This document shows, in pieces, positions 54,290 through 64,000 of a stretch of 64,000 nucleotides of DNA. Under the pieces are notes generated by a model. That model had not been told where the DNA came from. It worked only from the letters and a program-made list of their open reading frames with translations, and made no database searches. The translations under genes and the position numbers were made by a program. The stretch spans positions 22,008 through 86,007 of the forward strand of contig CAZVRZ010000001.1 of NCBI GenBank assembly GCA_964629965.1, written 5' to 3'. Origin of the DNA: an uncultured Anaerolineaceae bacterium. GTDB lineage: Bacteria > Chloroflexota > Anaerolineae > Anaerolineales > UBA4823. Each line of letters begins with the position of its first letter. The first letter of the stretch is position 1.

Positions 54290-54652
54290 GGTGCGTTGCC
54301 AAGGGTTGTAAATATTGAGGTTTGATGATATGATTTTCTCAACTTGGCGTAATAAAAAATTTCAGTATATGTCTTGGCAGACGACAGCGTTGCTGTCGGA
54401 GTGTTTGTTTGCATGTAAATACCACAACGTGGTCGATTCCAACAATTTTCAAATCAGGTACAATTTAGTGTGGTGCATTTTTATTAGGGATATTGTGGTA
54501 TTGCCTTTATCCGTAATCGAAATACTTCGGTTACCAATGAGGAGCCCAAGAAAGCAAGGCTTTTGTTAAGTGGTTGACGTAATAATCGTGGGTCGGTTAT
54601 TGCGATAATCAATGTCGTTCCAAAACAATTTTGTAAAAAGGAGAAAGAGAAA

Positions 54653-56566
54653 ATGTACAAGAAGCTGTTCGTAATTTTGAGCGTGCTGGTTGCTTTCTCG
54701 ATGATGCTGGCATCTTGTGTTACTGCCACCACCCAAGCACCCGCAACTCAAGCACCGGCCACCAAGGCGCCAGAAGAAGCTAAGGCGCCAGAGGCAACCG
54801 CCACCGAAGCGCCCAAAGTTGAAGAACCCGTGGATGCAGCAGCAGTTGCTGCGGCTCTACCACGCAATGAAACCCTGTATTTCAACGGTCAACAGTGGGG
54901 CGCGGTTGTTTGTTGGAATCCTTACTCTTCGAACTGCAATAATGCTATGGCGATTGCCCAGCAGGATAGCGCCCGTGTTACCATGTTCGAGACTCCCTAC
55001 TTGTATAACATGATCGATGGCAAGCAGTATCCTTTGCTGGCCGACGGTCCGTATACATGGAATGCAGCGATGACTGAGATCACTTTCAAGCTCAAGGCCG
55101 CTGCAAAGTGGAGCGATGGTACCCCCGTGACCGCTGACGATGTTGCTTATACCTGGGATTCTCATCTGAAGTACGAAACCCCAACTGGCAATGGCGCCAA
55201 GGATTTCATCGAATCCATCACCGCTGTGGATGCTCAGACAGTTTTGGTCAAGGCCAAGCTGAATGACGCCGGCAAAGCTGTCAATCCCCTGGTTGTCTCT
55301 TCATACTTGAGCAGCAACTATGTTATCCAGAAGGCCTGGACCAAGACCTTGGAAGCTCGTTCCGCTGACGGGGCTGCTTTCCAGGCCGATCCTGCCGAGG
55401 ATGTCGTCTACTCTGGTCCCTATCACAAGTTCTTCTCTGATGATACCAAAGTGGTCCTCGTTCGTGACGACAAATACTGGGGTAAGGATGCCTCCATGTT
55501 TGGTAAGCTGCCTGCTCCTAAGTACCTGGCGCACACGATCTTCAAAGACAATGCTGCTGGTTTCACCGCTTTGAAAGCCGGTGAGGTAGATGTCAGCCAG
55601 CAGTTCAATGCCAATATTCAGGACCTGTGGCTCAAGGATAACCTCCCGGTTTCCACCTATCTGCCCGAGGCCCCCTATGGTATCGGCGCCAGCCTCCCGA
55701 CTGCATACTACAACGTTGGTTCCTTTGGTTTGGACAATGTTGCAGTTCGCAAGGCTATTGCTATGGCCGTAGACTACGACACGATCATTGCCAATGCAAT
55801 GACCAATCAGTCGGCTACCTTTGCTCAGGTTCCGCGCTCGATCATGAACCCGACCGCTGGTGAGCAGGCCCTGTACGACAAGGATGCCGTCAAGGATCTG
55901 CAGTGGGTTGGCAAGGATTACGAAGGCGCCAAGAAACTGCTGGATGATGCTGGTGTCAAGGATGCCGATGGCGACGGTTGGCGTGAAATCGATGGCAAGA
56001 AACTTTCCTACGTAGCCACCTGCCCCAATGGTTGGTCCGATTGGCAGGCTGCGATCGAAGTTGTGGCCGCTGCCGGAAAAGAAATTGGTATTGAAATCAC
56101 CACCAACTACCCCGAATGGGCTGTTTACCAGACCGTTGTGACCAACTGGCCTCTCCCCGAGAAGTACGACATCCTCATGATGTGGTCCGATGGTGCTGGC
56201 CCGACCCAGCCTTGGGGACGCGTTCGCCATTTGATCAGCTCAGAATTTGCTCAAACCCAGGGTAACTGGAACGGCAACTGGGGCGGTTACAAGAATCCCG
56301 CTGCAGACGAACTGATTATGGCGATCCCCGGCGAGACCGATCCGGCAAAATTAAAGGAAATGTACACCGAACTCACCAAGATCTATCTGACCGATGTGCC
56401 TTCCTTCACGCTCATGTATCGGCCTCAGTCTTTCCATGCTGTGAACGAGAGTGTTTGGACGAACTTCCCTCACGATGGTGATGGTACGAATCCTCCCGTC
56501 CCGCCGCTTGACCTGACTGACGGTTGGAGTATCGCAGGCCTCTACAACCTGACGCTCGTTAAGTAA
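54653..56566 (+). CDS. ABC transporter substrate-binding lipoprotein, family 5 (Opp/Dpp type)
   Basis: 637 aa. Lipobox MLASC, Thr/Ala/Pro-rich linker, family-5 SBP body. AAGGAG upstream. Confidence 0.9.
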   Translation: MYKKLFVILSVLVAFSMMLASCVTATTQAPATQAPATKAPEEAKAPEATATEAPKVEEPVDAAAVAAALPRNETLYFNGQQWGAVVCWNPYSSNCNNAMAIAQQDSARVTMFETPYLYNMIDGKQYPLLADGPYTWNAAMTEITFKLKAAAKWSDGTPVTADDVAYTWDSHLKYETPTGNGAKDFIESITAVDAQTVLVKAKLNDAGKAVNPLVVSSYLSSNYVIQKAWTKTLEARSADGAAFQADPAEDVVYSGPYHKFFSDDTKVVLVRDDKYWGKDASMFGKLPAPKYLAHTIFKDNAAGFTALKAGEVDVSQQFNANIQDLWLKDNLPVSTYLPEAPYGIGASLPTAYYNVGSFGLDNVAVRKAIAMAVDYDTIIANAMTNQSATFAQVPRSIMNPTAGEQALYDKDAVKDLQWVGKDYEGAKKLLDDAGVKDADGDGWREIDGKKLSYVATCPNGWSDWQAAIEVVAAAGKEIGIEITTNYPEWAVYQTVVTNWPLPEKYDILMMWSDGAGPTQPWGRVRHLISSEFAQTQGNWNGNWGGYKNPAADELIMAIPGETDPAKLKEMYTELTKIYLTDVPSFTLMYRPQSFHAVNESVWTNFPHDGDGTNPPVPPLDLTDGWSIAGLYNLTLVK

Positions 56567-56651
56567 ATCATAGTATTGTAACAACAGCCATGTTTCGCGA
56601 ACCCCGGAACATGGCTGTTTCTTATAAAATAGGTTAAGAGGAGGTATTGAA

Positions 56652-57656
56652 TTGAAAGGCTACCGCAAGTATTTCCTCAACAAGCTGATCTGGTTTTTGG
56701 TTACTTTTGTTTTTGCGTTTTTATTGAATTTCATCCTGCCCCGCCTCATGCCAGGAGACCCTGTAGCTGTTATTACGCAACGGGTGACTCAAGGTATGCA
56801 AAGCCAGTCTGGCGTACAAGCGGTTTACAGCCAGTATGCAGAATTGTTTGGCACTAATAAATCCATGCTAGAACAATTCTTCCTCTACGTAAGAAATGTG
56901 CTGCGTGGTGATTTTGGGATTTCATTCAGTCAATATCCGCGGCCAGTGGCGGATATTCTCAAAGCTTCCATCTGGTGGACAGTATGTTTGCAATTTCCAG
57001 CGATCATTGTTGGCTGGATTGTTGGGAATACGCTAGGTGCATTGGCTGCTTATCTCAAGAAGGGCTTTGATAAAGTCCTAATGCCAATAAGTATTTTTAT
57101 TAGCAATCTACCTGCGTTTGGCATGGCAGTCATTTTGTTGGCAATTTTTGGAGTTGGGCTCAAATGGTTTCCCACTTCCGGCGGATATGGGTTTGACCTG
57201 ATCCCTAATTTTAGTTGGAGATTCATATGGTCTGTGATCGTTCATTACCAGTTGCCTTTTTGGTCGATCGTGTCTATTGCCATCGGAGGGCAGGCGATTG
57301 GTATGCGCTCCATGTCCATCTACGAATTGAATGCCGATTATGTCAAATATAGTCGTTTCCTGGGCATTAAAGATAATAAGATCATCGGTTATGTATTCCG
57401 CAATGCCATGCTTCCACAGATTACTGGTTTAGCGCTTTCGGTTGGCACCATGGTCGGCGGCGCACTGGTGGCGGAGATCATTTTTAGTTACCCAGGGCTT
57501 GGTTTCACATTGTTGAACGGCGTGATGGGGCAAGATTATCCGCTGATCTCTGCCAGTACATTGATTATCACCTTGATGGTGCTGATCGCGAATTTCCTTA
57601 TAGAGATCCTTTACGGCGTTATTGACCCGCGTGTTAAAGCGGCGCAGGCTGATTAA
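56652..57656 (+). CDS. ABC transporter permease (OppB/DppB type)
   Basis: 334 aa. TTG start with GAGGAGG upstream. 6 TM. Confidence 0.9.
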   Translation: MKGYRKYFLNKLIWFLVTFVFAFLLNFILPRLMPGDPVAVITQRVTQGMQSQSGVQAVYSQYAELFGTNKSMLEQFFLYVRNVLRGDFGISFSQYPRPVADILKASIWWTVCLQFPAIIVGWIVGNTLGALAAYLKKGFDKVLMPISIFISNLPAFGMAVILLAIFGVGLKWFPTSGGYGFDLIPNFSWRFIWSVIVHYQLPFWSIVSIAIGGQAIGMRSMSIYELNADYVKYSRFLGIKDNKIIGYVFRNAMLPQITGLALSVGTMVGGALVAEIIFSYPGLGFTLLNGVMGQDYPLISASTLIITLMVLIANFLIEILYGVIDPRVKAAQAD

Positions 57657-57670
57657 GGGAAGATGCTGTT

Positions 57671-58921
57671 ATGAAACATACTATTCAGCAAATTTTTCGT
57701 TCTGGTAAATTTATCGTTGGTTTTACTATTTTCACAGCAATACTACTGCTTGTGATCCTTTATCCGCTGATTATCAAAGATGCTCCGTTAGCGATCATCG
57801 GTCAAGGTACCTTCTTTGAACCTGGCATTTACGTGAATGTGTATGACAGCATGATCGCTCCTCCCTATATCTTGAATCTGAAAGACGCAGCGGCCAAGCG
57901 TATTGATGCCAAATTGGGCAACGCAGAACGCCTTGCTTTGAAAGAATGGCTTGTTGCTGATGGGATTCCCGAGAGTCAGATCGATATCAACAATACCGAA
58001 CAGCTTCTAGATCAGTGGGTGAATAATTACGATCCAAAGATGAATGTTCCGGGGATGACCTTTGCGAAACAAAGATACTATCAAAGACTTGATGTTTCGC
58101 TCGAAGGAATTTTGTTAACAGAAGGGGTAATTGTTGCCGCCAAGAACCCTGAAACGGGTGCCTTGGAAGAAATCGACACTGTTGAGCAAACCGATTATGT
58201 CAACGTCGGCCGTATTCCGAACGTAAAGGTATTGCCGTTGGGTACTGATAATTTTGGCCGGGATATGTTGACCGAATTAGTCTCAGCGATCGGCACCTCC
58301 TTGCAGATCGGTTTGGTTGCAGGTCTTGTGGCAACCCTGATTGGTTTGGTACTTGGTCTCCTGGCGGGTTATATTGGCGGTTTGGTCGATGACATCATTA
58401 TGTTCATCACCAATCTTTTTACCGTGATTCCCGGTTTTGTGTTATTGATCTTGATCTCATATAGTATCGGGCAGGAAAAACGCGGCGCTATAACGGTTGC
58501 TGTGGTAATTGGCTTTACCTCCTGGGTTTGGACCGCCAGGGCTGTGCGGGCGCAAGTGATTTCTTTACGTCATCGCGATCATGTCAATCTATCGAAACTT
58601 TCAGGGCATTCGATCGTCCACATCATTTTAACTGATATTCTGCCCTATATTGCCTCTTACGTTGTGATGGCGCTGATCCTGCAAATTTCATCGGGCATTC
58701 TGGCGGAGGCCGGTTTGTCGATCCTTGGCTTGGGACCGAAAACAACAGATGTTCCCACCCTGGGTTTGATGATGAACTGGGCGATGATCTACCAGGCGCA
58801 TATCATGGGAAAGTGGTGGGCGTATTTCCCTGTGATCATGGCCATTGCCCTGGTTTCGTTTTCATTGAATTTGATGAATACTGGTCTGGACCAGGTATTC
58901 AATCCGGCGCTGAGGGACTAG
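57671..58921 (+). CDS. ABC transporter permease (OppC/DppC type) with ~170-aa loop after TM1
   Basis: 416 aa. TM1 [21 protein letters not shown], then a long hydrophilic insert, then 5 TM. Confidence 0.9.
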   Translation: MKHTIQQIFRSGKFIVGFTIFTAILLLVILYPLIIKDAPLAIIGQGTFFEPGIYVNVYDSMIAPPYILNLKDAAAKRIDAKLGNAERLALKEWLVADGIPESQIDINNTEQLLDQWVNNYDPKMNVPGMTFAKQRYYQRLDVSLEGILLTEGVIVAAKNPETGALEEIDTVEQTDYVNVGRIPNVKVLPLGTDNFGRDMLTELVSAIGTSLQIGLVAGLVATLIGLVLGLLAGYIGGLVDDIIMFITNLFTVIPGFVLLILISYSIGQEKRGAITVAVVIGFTSWVWTARAVRAQVISLRHRDHVNLSKLSGHSIVHIILTDILPYIASYVVMALILQISSGILAEAGLSILGLGPKTTDVPTLGLMMNWAMIYQAHIMGKWWAYFPVIMAIALVSFSLNLMNTGLDQVFNPALRD

Positions 58922-58930
58922 GTGATTTAA

Positions 58931-59956
58931 ATGTCAAATGTCATTCTAGAGGTTCGAGAACTTACTACCAAATACGTGACCCGCTTTCGGGAGAATGTGT
59001 ATGCCGTAGACCACGTCTCTTTGAAAGTCGAAGAAGGCAAATCCTTGGGCATCGCAGGTGAATCTGGCTGTGGAAAATCTACGCTGGCTCTCAGCCTGAT
59101 GGGCTATTATTTTGCTCCCTTGCACTATATGAGTGGAGAGATCATCATCGATGGGAAGAATATTTCTGGCATGCAGCCTGACGATATTCGCAAATCGATC
59201 TTGGGAACCGAGATTTCATATATTCCTCAAGCCGCCATGAATGCTCTCAATCCTACTCAGAAGATCATTCACTTTATTGAGGATGTGATCCAGGCGCATG
59301 ATCCATATAAGACCAAGAAAGAAATTTTTGAGCTTGCTAGCGAATTCTTTGAAAAGCTAGGGCTTCCGGCAAGCGTACTGCAAAGATATCCTGTTGAGCT
59401 TTCAGGGGGTATGAAACAGCGCACGGTGATTGCCATCTCTGTCATTCTCCTTCCGAAAGTGCTGATTGCAGATGAGCCTTCATCCGCGCTCGATGTTACC
59501 TCTCAGAAGATGGTCATCAAGATGTTGAAAACCCTCATGGAAAAGGGGTTCATTAAATCACTGATCTTCATTACACATGAACTGCCGCTTCTCTACAATG
59601 TGACGGATGATATTATGGTGATGTATGCCGGACAAATCGTGGAGAAGGGCACTGCCAGAGAGACTGTGTTCGATCCACTCCATCCCTATGCCAAGGGTCT
59701 TATGGGTTCAATCATTGTGCCTGAAGAGGGTCTGCGCGATGTTAAATTAGCTGCTATTCCGGGAGTGCCGCCGAACCTTAAGAACCCCCCCTCTGGCTGC
59801 CGGTTTGCTGAGCGGTGTAAATATGCCAGGCTAGAGTGTGGGGCGATTTCCATTGCTCCGCGCGAATTAGAAAATGGCCGTTCTTATCGCTGTATCTTTT
59901 CGGAGAAAGAGCTAAGGGATATCTATCAAAGAGAGGCTCAACAAAATGTGCGCTGA
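58931..59956 (+). CDS. ABC transporter ATP-binding protein, Opp/Dpp D-type
   Basis: Walker [10 protein letters not shown], signature LSGGMKQR, Walker [14 protein letters not shown]-terminal [14 protein letters not shown]. Confidence 0.9.
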   Translation: MSNVILEVRELTTKYVTRFRENVYAVDHVSLKVEEGKSLGIAGESGCGKSTLALSLMGYYFAPLHYMSGEIIIDGKNISGMQPDDIRKSILGTEISYIPQAAMNALNPTQKIIHFIEDVIQAHDPYKTKKEIFELASEFFEKLGLPASVLQRYPVELSGGMKQRTVIAISVILLPKVLIADEPSSALDVTSQKMVIKMLKTLMEKGFIKSLIFITHELPLLYNVTDDIMVMYAGQIVEKGTARETVFDPLHPYAKGLMGSIIVPEEGLRDVKLAAIPGVPPNLKNPPSGCRFAERCKYARLECGAISIAPRELENGRSYRCIFSEKELRDIYQREAQQNVR

Positions 59957-60758
59957 AAAGAAAATTTGCCTGAGTGCCAAAGGACTTACCAAGGTATTCG
60001 GTTTTGGTCGTCATAAGACTGTTGCTGTCGATCATGTCGATATCGATTTATACGAGGGCGAAGTGATCTCGATCGTGGGTGAATCGGGCAGCGGGAAAAC
60101 CACTTTGGCCAAGATGTTTTTAGGATTGATCAGCCAAACAGAAGGAGATATATACTTCCAGGGCGTCAAGCGTGACATCAGTTCTCAGAGGAAGAAAAAA
60201 GAGTATTGGAAAAATATCCAGGCCATCTTTCAGGATCCATTCTCTTCATATAACATTTTCAACAAGATTGATGCTGTGCTATTAGATTGTATTCACATGC
60301 GCGGTGGCCGCAGCCTTCCGCATGCTCAAAAAGTAGCCTTGATGACCGAGGCATGTGGCTTTGTCAACCTGAAATTCGAAGAATTGACGAACAAGTATCC
60401 TTTCGAACTGTCAGGCGGGCAAATGCAGCGTTTGATGATCGCTCGTATCTTTCTGCTGAAACCAAAGATCCTGCTGGCTGATGAGCCAACATCTATGATC
60501 GATGCCTGTTCACGCGCTACCATTCTCGATATGCTGATGCAATTGCGCAATGAAATTGGCATGACGGTGATATTCATCACCCATGATATTGGCTTGGCAT
60601 ATTACGTATCGGATAGTGTATATATCATGGAACGTGGAAAGTTTGTTGAAAGTGGGACCGCTGATGATGTGATCCTGCATCCCAAAGAACCTTACACTAA
60701 ACGACTGCTCAGTGACGTTCCAAAGATCTATGAAGAATGGGACCTCTCAACGGTGTGA
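59946..60758 (+). CDS. ABC transporter ATP-binding protein, Opp/Dpp F-type
   Basis: Walker [10 protein letters not shown], signature LSGGQMQR, Walker [13 protein letters not shown]. 11-bp overlap with the preceding gene. Confidence 0.9.
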   Translation: MCAEKKICLSAKGLTKVFGFGRHKTVAVDHVDIDLYEGEVISIVGESGSGKTTLAKMFLGLISQTEGDIYFQGVKRDISSQRKKKEYWKNIQAIFQDPFSSYNIFNKIDAVLLDCIHMRGGRSLPHAQKVALMTEACGFVNLKFEELTNKYPFELSGGQMQRLMIARIFLLKPKILLADEPTSMIDACSRATILDMLMQLRNEIGMTVIFITHDIGLAYYVSDSVYIMERGKFVESGTADDVILHPKEPYTKRLLSDVPKIYEEWDLSTV

Positions 60759-60786
60759 TGTATTCTTCATAGAAAAAATGTTTTGG

Positions 60787-60815
60787 TTGACAAGATACCA
60801 AGCATGTTGTAGAAT
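60787..60815 (+). promoter_or_regulatory. near-consensus promoter TTGACA-17-TAGAAT for the tRNA gene
   Basis: TTGACA at 60787..60792, a 17-nt spacer, TAGAAT at 60810..60815, about 47 nt before the tRNA 5' end. Confidence 0.55.
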
Positions 60816-60862
60816 GTGGTTCGCTAAGCAAGCAAGGCAGTAAGAGTCGCTTGCGAAAGCAT

Positions 60863-60940
60863 CGGGGCGTGGCGCAGTCCGGCTAGCGCGCTTGCATGGG
60901 GTGCAAGAGGTCGAAGGTTCAAATCCTTTCGCCCCGACCA
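60863..60940 (+). tRNA. tRNA-Pro (anticodon GGG), CCA encoded
   Basis: Cloverleaf folded by hand: acceptor CGGGGCG/CGCCCCG (C1-G72, typical of bacterial tRNA-Pro); D stem GCGC/GCGC; anticodon stem CTTGC/GCAAG with loop AUGGGGU (U33, GGG, G37); variable loop AGGTC; T arm GAAGG-TTCAAAT-CCTTT; discriminator A then CCA. Confidence 0.9.
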
Positions 60941-60947
60941 GGTTCAT

Positions 60948-60992
60948 CTCAGACCGCATTATTGTACCGATTGGGTACCTAAGCGGTCTGAG
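60948..60992 (+). terminator. long hairpin after tRNA-Pro (candidate terminator)
   Basis: CTCAGACCGC (60948..60957) pairs with GCGGTCTGAG (60983..60992). An inner GTACC/GGTAC pair lies within the loop. The hairpin is followed by TTGCTTT. Confidence 0.4.
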
Positions 60993-61145
60993 TTGCTTTA
61001 AACGCTCGAAACTGAGACTGCTTAGGTGGATGGTCGATTTCTTTAACATTCGTCTACCGCATATTGGGATGACGGATCGCCACAAAGTGTGTACGGTTGT
61101 TGTATAAACGTAAAAGCAAATGATGGGAGTGAATCATTCTAGAAT

Positions 61146-61175
61146 TTGATTTTCCCATCTTATAACGGTTATAAT
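61146..61175 (+). promoter_or_regulatory. candidate promoter, possibly leaderless (TTGATT-18-TATAAT, 4-7 nt before the ATGATG start)
   Basis: TTGATT at 61146..61151, TATAAT at 61170..61175, ATG codons at 61180 and 61183. There is no SD. Confidence 0.35.
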
Positions 61176-61179
61176 AGAG

Positions 61180-63651
61180 ATGATGAACCAGCTTGCCGGT
61201 AACAAAACGCTAGACCGATATTGGGATTGGATGGCGGCCCTGTTATTTGTGGTTGCCATGATTACTGCTGCAACGCGCCTGGTAGTTACCAAGTGGGTTG
61301 AAGACCTGAGCCTGGTGCAAACAGTTGTATTCTTGGGCGCTTTGGCTGGATTAGCCCTGGGTAAGAGCATTTTTTCCAGGCGCTCTGTGATCATCTTCGC
61401 GTTCGTATATGGCCTCTATACCATTCCCTGGCAGTTGGGGTTGACCATGGGTCGGGGTGTGGAATGGAAGGAAAGAGTTCTGAGTATGTTCGGCCGCCTA
61501 TCGGTTATTATCCATGAACTTGTTTATCAAGAGCCGATCACAGATAACCTGTTTTTCCTTTTTTCAATGTCTTTATTATTTTGGGCGCTCTCCATTTATG
61601 GCGGTTATCATTTGGTTCGTTATGCGGCCGCATGGCGGGCGATCTTACCGGCCGGATTGGCAATCTTTGTAATCCAAAATTTCGACCCTTTGCTGTCTCG
61701 CCGAGCCTGGTATTTAAGCATCTATATTTTCCTGGCATTGTTGATCGTTGGACGTTTGGTTTTCCTTAAACAACGTGAAAAATGGTTGCAGCATCGCACA
61801 TATATCCCCAGGGATGTGGGTTTTGATCTTAGCCGGGTAACTTTAACAATTTCAACGGTGCTGATCCTGTTCGTCTGGAACGCGCCGATTTTTACGAACC
61901 CGGTGCCTGGTCTGCGAGCTGCTTATCAGGTAATTCGCTCACCTATCTTGACCTTAACCGATAAGATGAGCTACATGTTTGCTTCTTTGCAAGCATCTGT
62001 TGGGGTGGTTACAGAATATTACTCCGATGAGCATCTCCTGGGCCGCGGTAGTATTCATACCGATAGTCTTGTGATGACGATAGAAGCTCCCCGCACACCT
62101 TATATTGGCGCTCGTTACTATTGGCGAGCCCGGGTATACGATGAATATCGTGATGGGCGTTGGCTAACGAATGTCAAAGAGACCGAGCCATATACGCCTG
62201 AAAGTGTTGACTTCCCGTCGATCGATTCGAAAGGTCGCGTTCGGATTCAAGTAAAGATCACTCCTTATGAGGCGCTGTCTACCCTTTATACACCCGCACA
62301 GCCGCTGTGGATAAGTAGGCCTGGAAGAGTTCAATTGGCAAAGAATCCCACTGGTACAGTGGATGTTGTGGCCTTACAGGCTAATCCGGTTCTCCGGCCT
62401 GGTGAAGTATACGAGGTGCGCTCTTCTCTTAGCTCGGTAACCCAATACCAATTACGGCAGTCCGGCCGGGCCTATCCCGATTGGGTCAAAGAGCGTTATC
62501 TTGCCCTTCCAGATAATATAACTCCGCGCACGCGGCAGCTTGCGGCCCAGATCGCTGCCCCTTATGACAACACATACGATATTGTCCAGGCCATAACCAA
62601 CTGGTTGCGAGAAAACATAACCTATAACGAAGTGATTGACCCTCCTCCCTCACAGCAAGAAACGATCGATTGGTTTTTATTTGATTATCGGCAAGGCTTT
62701 TGTAATTATTATGCCACTGCTGAAGTGATAATGCTGCGTTCTCTCGGCATTCCGGCCCGCTGGGCGGTTGGATATGCTCAAGGCGAGCGCACGATATCAC
62801 CCGACGAGGAAGTTTCACCTCAAAAAGAGGAGATGCTGGCTGAAACTTTAGAGTTGGAGGTATCAACTTTTACCGTTCGTCAGAAAGATGCTCACGCCTG
62901 GCCTGAAGTATATTTCCCGGGTATCGGTTGGGTTGAGTTTGAGCCAACTTCGGGGCAAACAGTCTTAATGCGCCCTCTAGGTGAGGCTCGATCTTCACCC
63001 GATGATGATCAGGATGATGAAGAAAAGGATCGGCTCGATGCGTCTAATATTCCCCACCAGGAAGAACCCTTTGACCCGCATCAGTTTGATTCTTATCCCC
63101 AGCCCAGTGGATTCGGGCGCGAGCAGCGTCTGGGCCTGGTTGTTAGTGGTATTATGATCGTACTGGCTTTAGGCTTGGGTGCCCTGGCATATTTTAGTTG
63201 GAGAAGCCCCGATAGAGTTCAGGTGATATGGGTTAAAATCATTACTGGAGACTATACCCCGATTCCGACCCAGATCGAGCGTGGCTTACAACGGCTTGGA
63301 ATTCGACCGCCAGATGCTTTAAGTCGCTGGTCTTATTACTCATCTTTGCCCATTATCTCGAAAGCTTATCATGAGATAAATCGGGCGTTACGTTTATTAA
63401 AGTCGGAGCAGCTCCCAAATGCAACTCCAGCCGAACGCACCAGTATGCTGGTGACTATTCTTCCACAAGCAGAGGCTCCGGCAGAACGATTGTTAGATAT
63501 ATACCAAATGGCTGCTTATAGCCCACATCCAACTGATGAGGTGGCTGCCAACCAGGCAGGCAAAGAAATTCACCATTTATCCCTCGTGAAATGGCTCCAG
63601 AAATTTTTCTCCCGATTCCAGGAGCCTGAGAAGAAACGCTCAACATTTTGA
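61180..63651 (+). CDS. transglutaminase-like domain membrane protein
   Basis: 823 aa with a multi-TM N-terminus. Cys-His-Asp core GFCNYYATAEVIMLRSLGIPARWAVGY ... DAHAWPEVYFPGIGWVEFEPT. A further TM helix lies after the acidic linker. Confidence 0.85.
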   Translation: MMNQLAGNKTLDRYWDWMAALLFVVAMITAATRLVVTKWVEDLSLVQTVVFLGALAGLALGKSIFSRRSVIIFAFVYGLYTIPWQLGLTMGRGVEWKERVLSMFGRLSVIIHELVYQEPITDNLFFLFSMSLLFWALSIYGGYHLVRYAAAWRAILPAGLAIFVIQNFDPLLSRRAWYLSIYIFLALLIVGRLVFLKQREKWLQHRTYIPRDVGFDLSRVTLTISTVLILFVWNAPIFTNPVPGLRAAYQVIRSPILTLTDKMSYMFASLQASVGVVTEYYSDEHLLGRGSIHTDSLVMTIEAPRTPYIGARYYWRARVYDEYRDGRWLTNVKETEPYTPESVDFPSIDSKGRVRIQVKITPYEALSTLYTPAQPLWISRPGRVQLAKNPTGTVDVVALQANPVLRPGEVYEVRSSLSSVTQYQLRQSGRAYPDWVKERYLALPDNITPRTRQLAAQIAAPYDNTYDIVQAITNWLRENITYNEVIDPPPSQQETIDWFLFDYRQGFCNYYATAEVIMLRSLGIPARWAVGYAQGERTISPDEEVSPQKEEMLAETLELEVSTFTVRQKDAHAWPEVYFPGIGWVEFEPTSGQTVLMRPLGEARSSPDDDQDDEEKDRLDASNIPHQEEPFDPHQFDSYPQPSGFGREQRLGLVVSGIMIVLALGLGALAYFSWRSPDRVQVIWVKIITGDYTPIPTQIERGLQRLGIRPPDALSRWSYYSSLPIISKAYHEINRALRLLKSEQLPNATPAERTSMLVTILPQAEAPAERLLDIYQMAAYSPHPTDEVAANQAGKEIHHLSLVKWLQKFFSRFQEPEKKRSTF

Positions 63652-63662
63652 GGTAGATCATT

Positions 63663-64000
63663 ATGACTTCTGAAACCTCTACAATTATCACATTGGATTT
63701 AAAACAACAGATCAATGTTTTAAATGAAATGGTTGACCAGGTTCGTCTTGAATTGACACGTGGCGCACCTTTGGACCCTGTTCGATTAACTAACACTCTT
63801 GGACAAGTATCAAATAGTTTGATGCGTCTCAATCGGCAGGTTACCCAGCTTGAAGATGATCATAACAACCTTGTCGGTTTAGCCGACATAGGTCAGGTTG
63901 TGAACTCATCGTTAGATCTGAATAGTGTGTTACGCACTGTAATGGATACCATCGTCCGGCTTACAGGGGCCGAACGTGGTTTTCTTATGCTTCGCGAAGA
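63663..64000 (+). CDS. GAF-domain protein, N-terminal fragment (runs off the window end)
   Basis: Not in the ORF track because there is no stop. ATG 63663 with GAGGTAG upstream. My translation is MTSETSTIITLDLKQQINVLNEMV...coiled coil...LADIGQVVNSSLDLNSVLRTVMDTIVRLTGAERGFLMLRE, which is a typical GAF start. Confidence 0.6.
   Translation, partial: MTSETSTIITLDLKQQINVLNEMVDQVRLELTRGAPLDPVRLTNTLGQVSNSLMRLNRQVTQLEDDHNNLVGLADIGQVVNSSLDLNSVLRTVMDTIVRLTGAERGFLMLRE

Noticed and set aside
54315-54569. 84-aa + strand ORF in the 363-bp gap before the second ABC operon
   Set aside because: The region is AT-rich, there is no SD, and the composition is implausible (Cys/Phe/Trp-rich). I treat the gap as promoter and 5' UTR. 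A weak hairpin CGACAGC-GTT-GCTGTCG at 54382..54398 may terminate the MFS gene.
55301-56230. 309-aa minus-strand ORF
   Set aside because: It is antisense to the family-5 binding-protein gene, Gly/Val/Ile-rich with no motifs. Long antisense frames are expected opposite this gene's codon usage.
60747-61107. ORFs of 112 aa (-) and 71 aa (+) spanning the tRNA-Pro region
   Set aside because: They overlap a well-folding tRNA gene and its flanks and have no coding signals.
60941-61179. Genomic island or integration scar downstream of tRNA-Pro
   Set aside because: I saw no integrase or recombinase, no direct repeat of the tRNA 3' end, and no obvious compositional break.
1-64000. CRISPR arrays, IS elements, prophage genes, toxin-antitoxin pairs and known defence-system signatures
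   Set aside because: I scanned the gaps and the ORF list. I found no spaced direct-repeat arrays, no transposase/integrase/terminase-like proteins, and no small adjacent gene pairs of the toxin-antitoxin type.

Overview
The window is 64 kb, mid-GC by eye, and densely coding on both strands. I saw no rRNA, CRISPR array, transposase, integrase or phage genes. I call about 50 protein genes and one tRNA-Pro(GGG). Two of the genes are edge-truncated and absent from the ORF track: a GH3 glycosidase at 1..1607(-) and a GAF-domain protein at 63663..64000(+).

The gene content suggests a saccharolytic monoderm bacterium. My guess is a Chloroflexota/Anaerolineae-like organism. The basis is Tat/lipobox solute-binding proteins with long Pro/Thr/Ala linkers, a Ser/Thr-kinase-FGE fusion and many sensor kinases. 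This taxon is inference only.

Layout, in order:
- 1..10000: GH3 fragment; MarR plus two half-size ABC exporters, divergent from an alpha/beta-hydrolase and radical-SAM/SPASM pair; a sensor kinase.
- 10000..21800: methyltransferase, DUF362 Tat lipoprotein, kinase-FGE fusion, a translationally coupled hybrid HK plus REC-HK pair, NUDIX, a start-less Kelch remnant, a P-loop kinase and an EamA transporter.
- 21950..35957: a glucuronoxylan-type sugar locus. It holds a URO-D-fold protein, a GH67 alpha-glucuronidase, an interrupted soluble sensor-HK-REC-AraC regulator, a pseudo-receiver and an Opp-type ABC importer.
- 36057..41925: housekeeping genes (cupin, obg, nadD, uracil-DNA glycosylase, RlmI-like methyltransferase, typA).
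- 42018..60758: a second sugar locus. It holds a GH38 alpha-mannosidase, a ROK kinase, LacI, an orphan sugar-binding protein, MFS and a second Opp-type ABC importer. Two methyltransferases and an L,D-transpeptidase are interspersed.
- 60787..64000: tRNA-Pro, a transglutaminase-like membrane protein and the GAF fragment.

I do not see a clear-cut novel multi-gene system such as a defence island. The most noteworthy items are:
- the split one-polypeptide cytoplasmic sugar-sensing hybrid regulator, with a 21-bp-phased repeat operator next to it;
- a NIDO-like extracytoplasmic sensor domain in a hybrid kinase;
- a tandem perfect-palindrome MarR-type operator;
- an orphan binding protein paired with an MFS permease behind a perfect consensus promoter;
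- several candidate leaderless promoters.

All domain calls come from motif recognition by eye, not from database searches.
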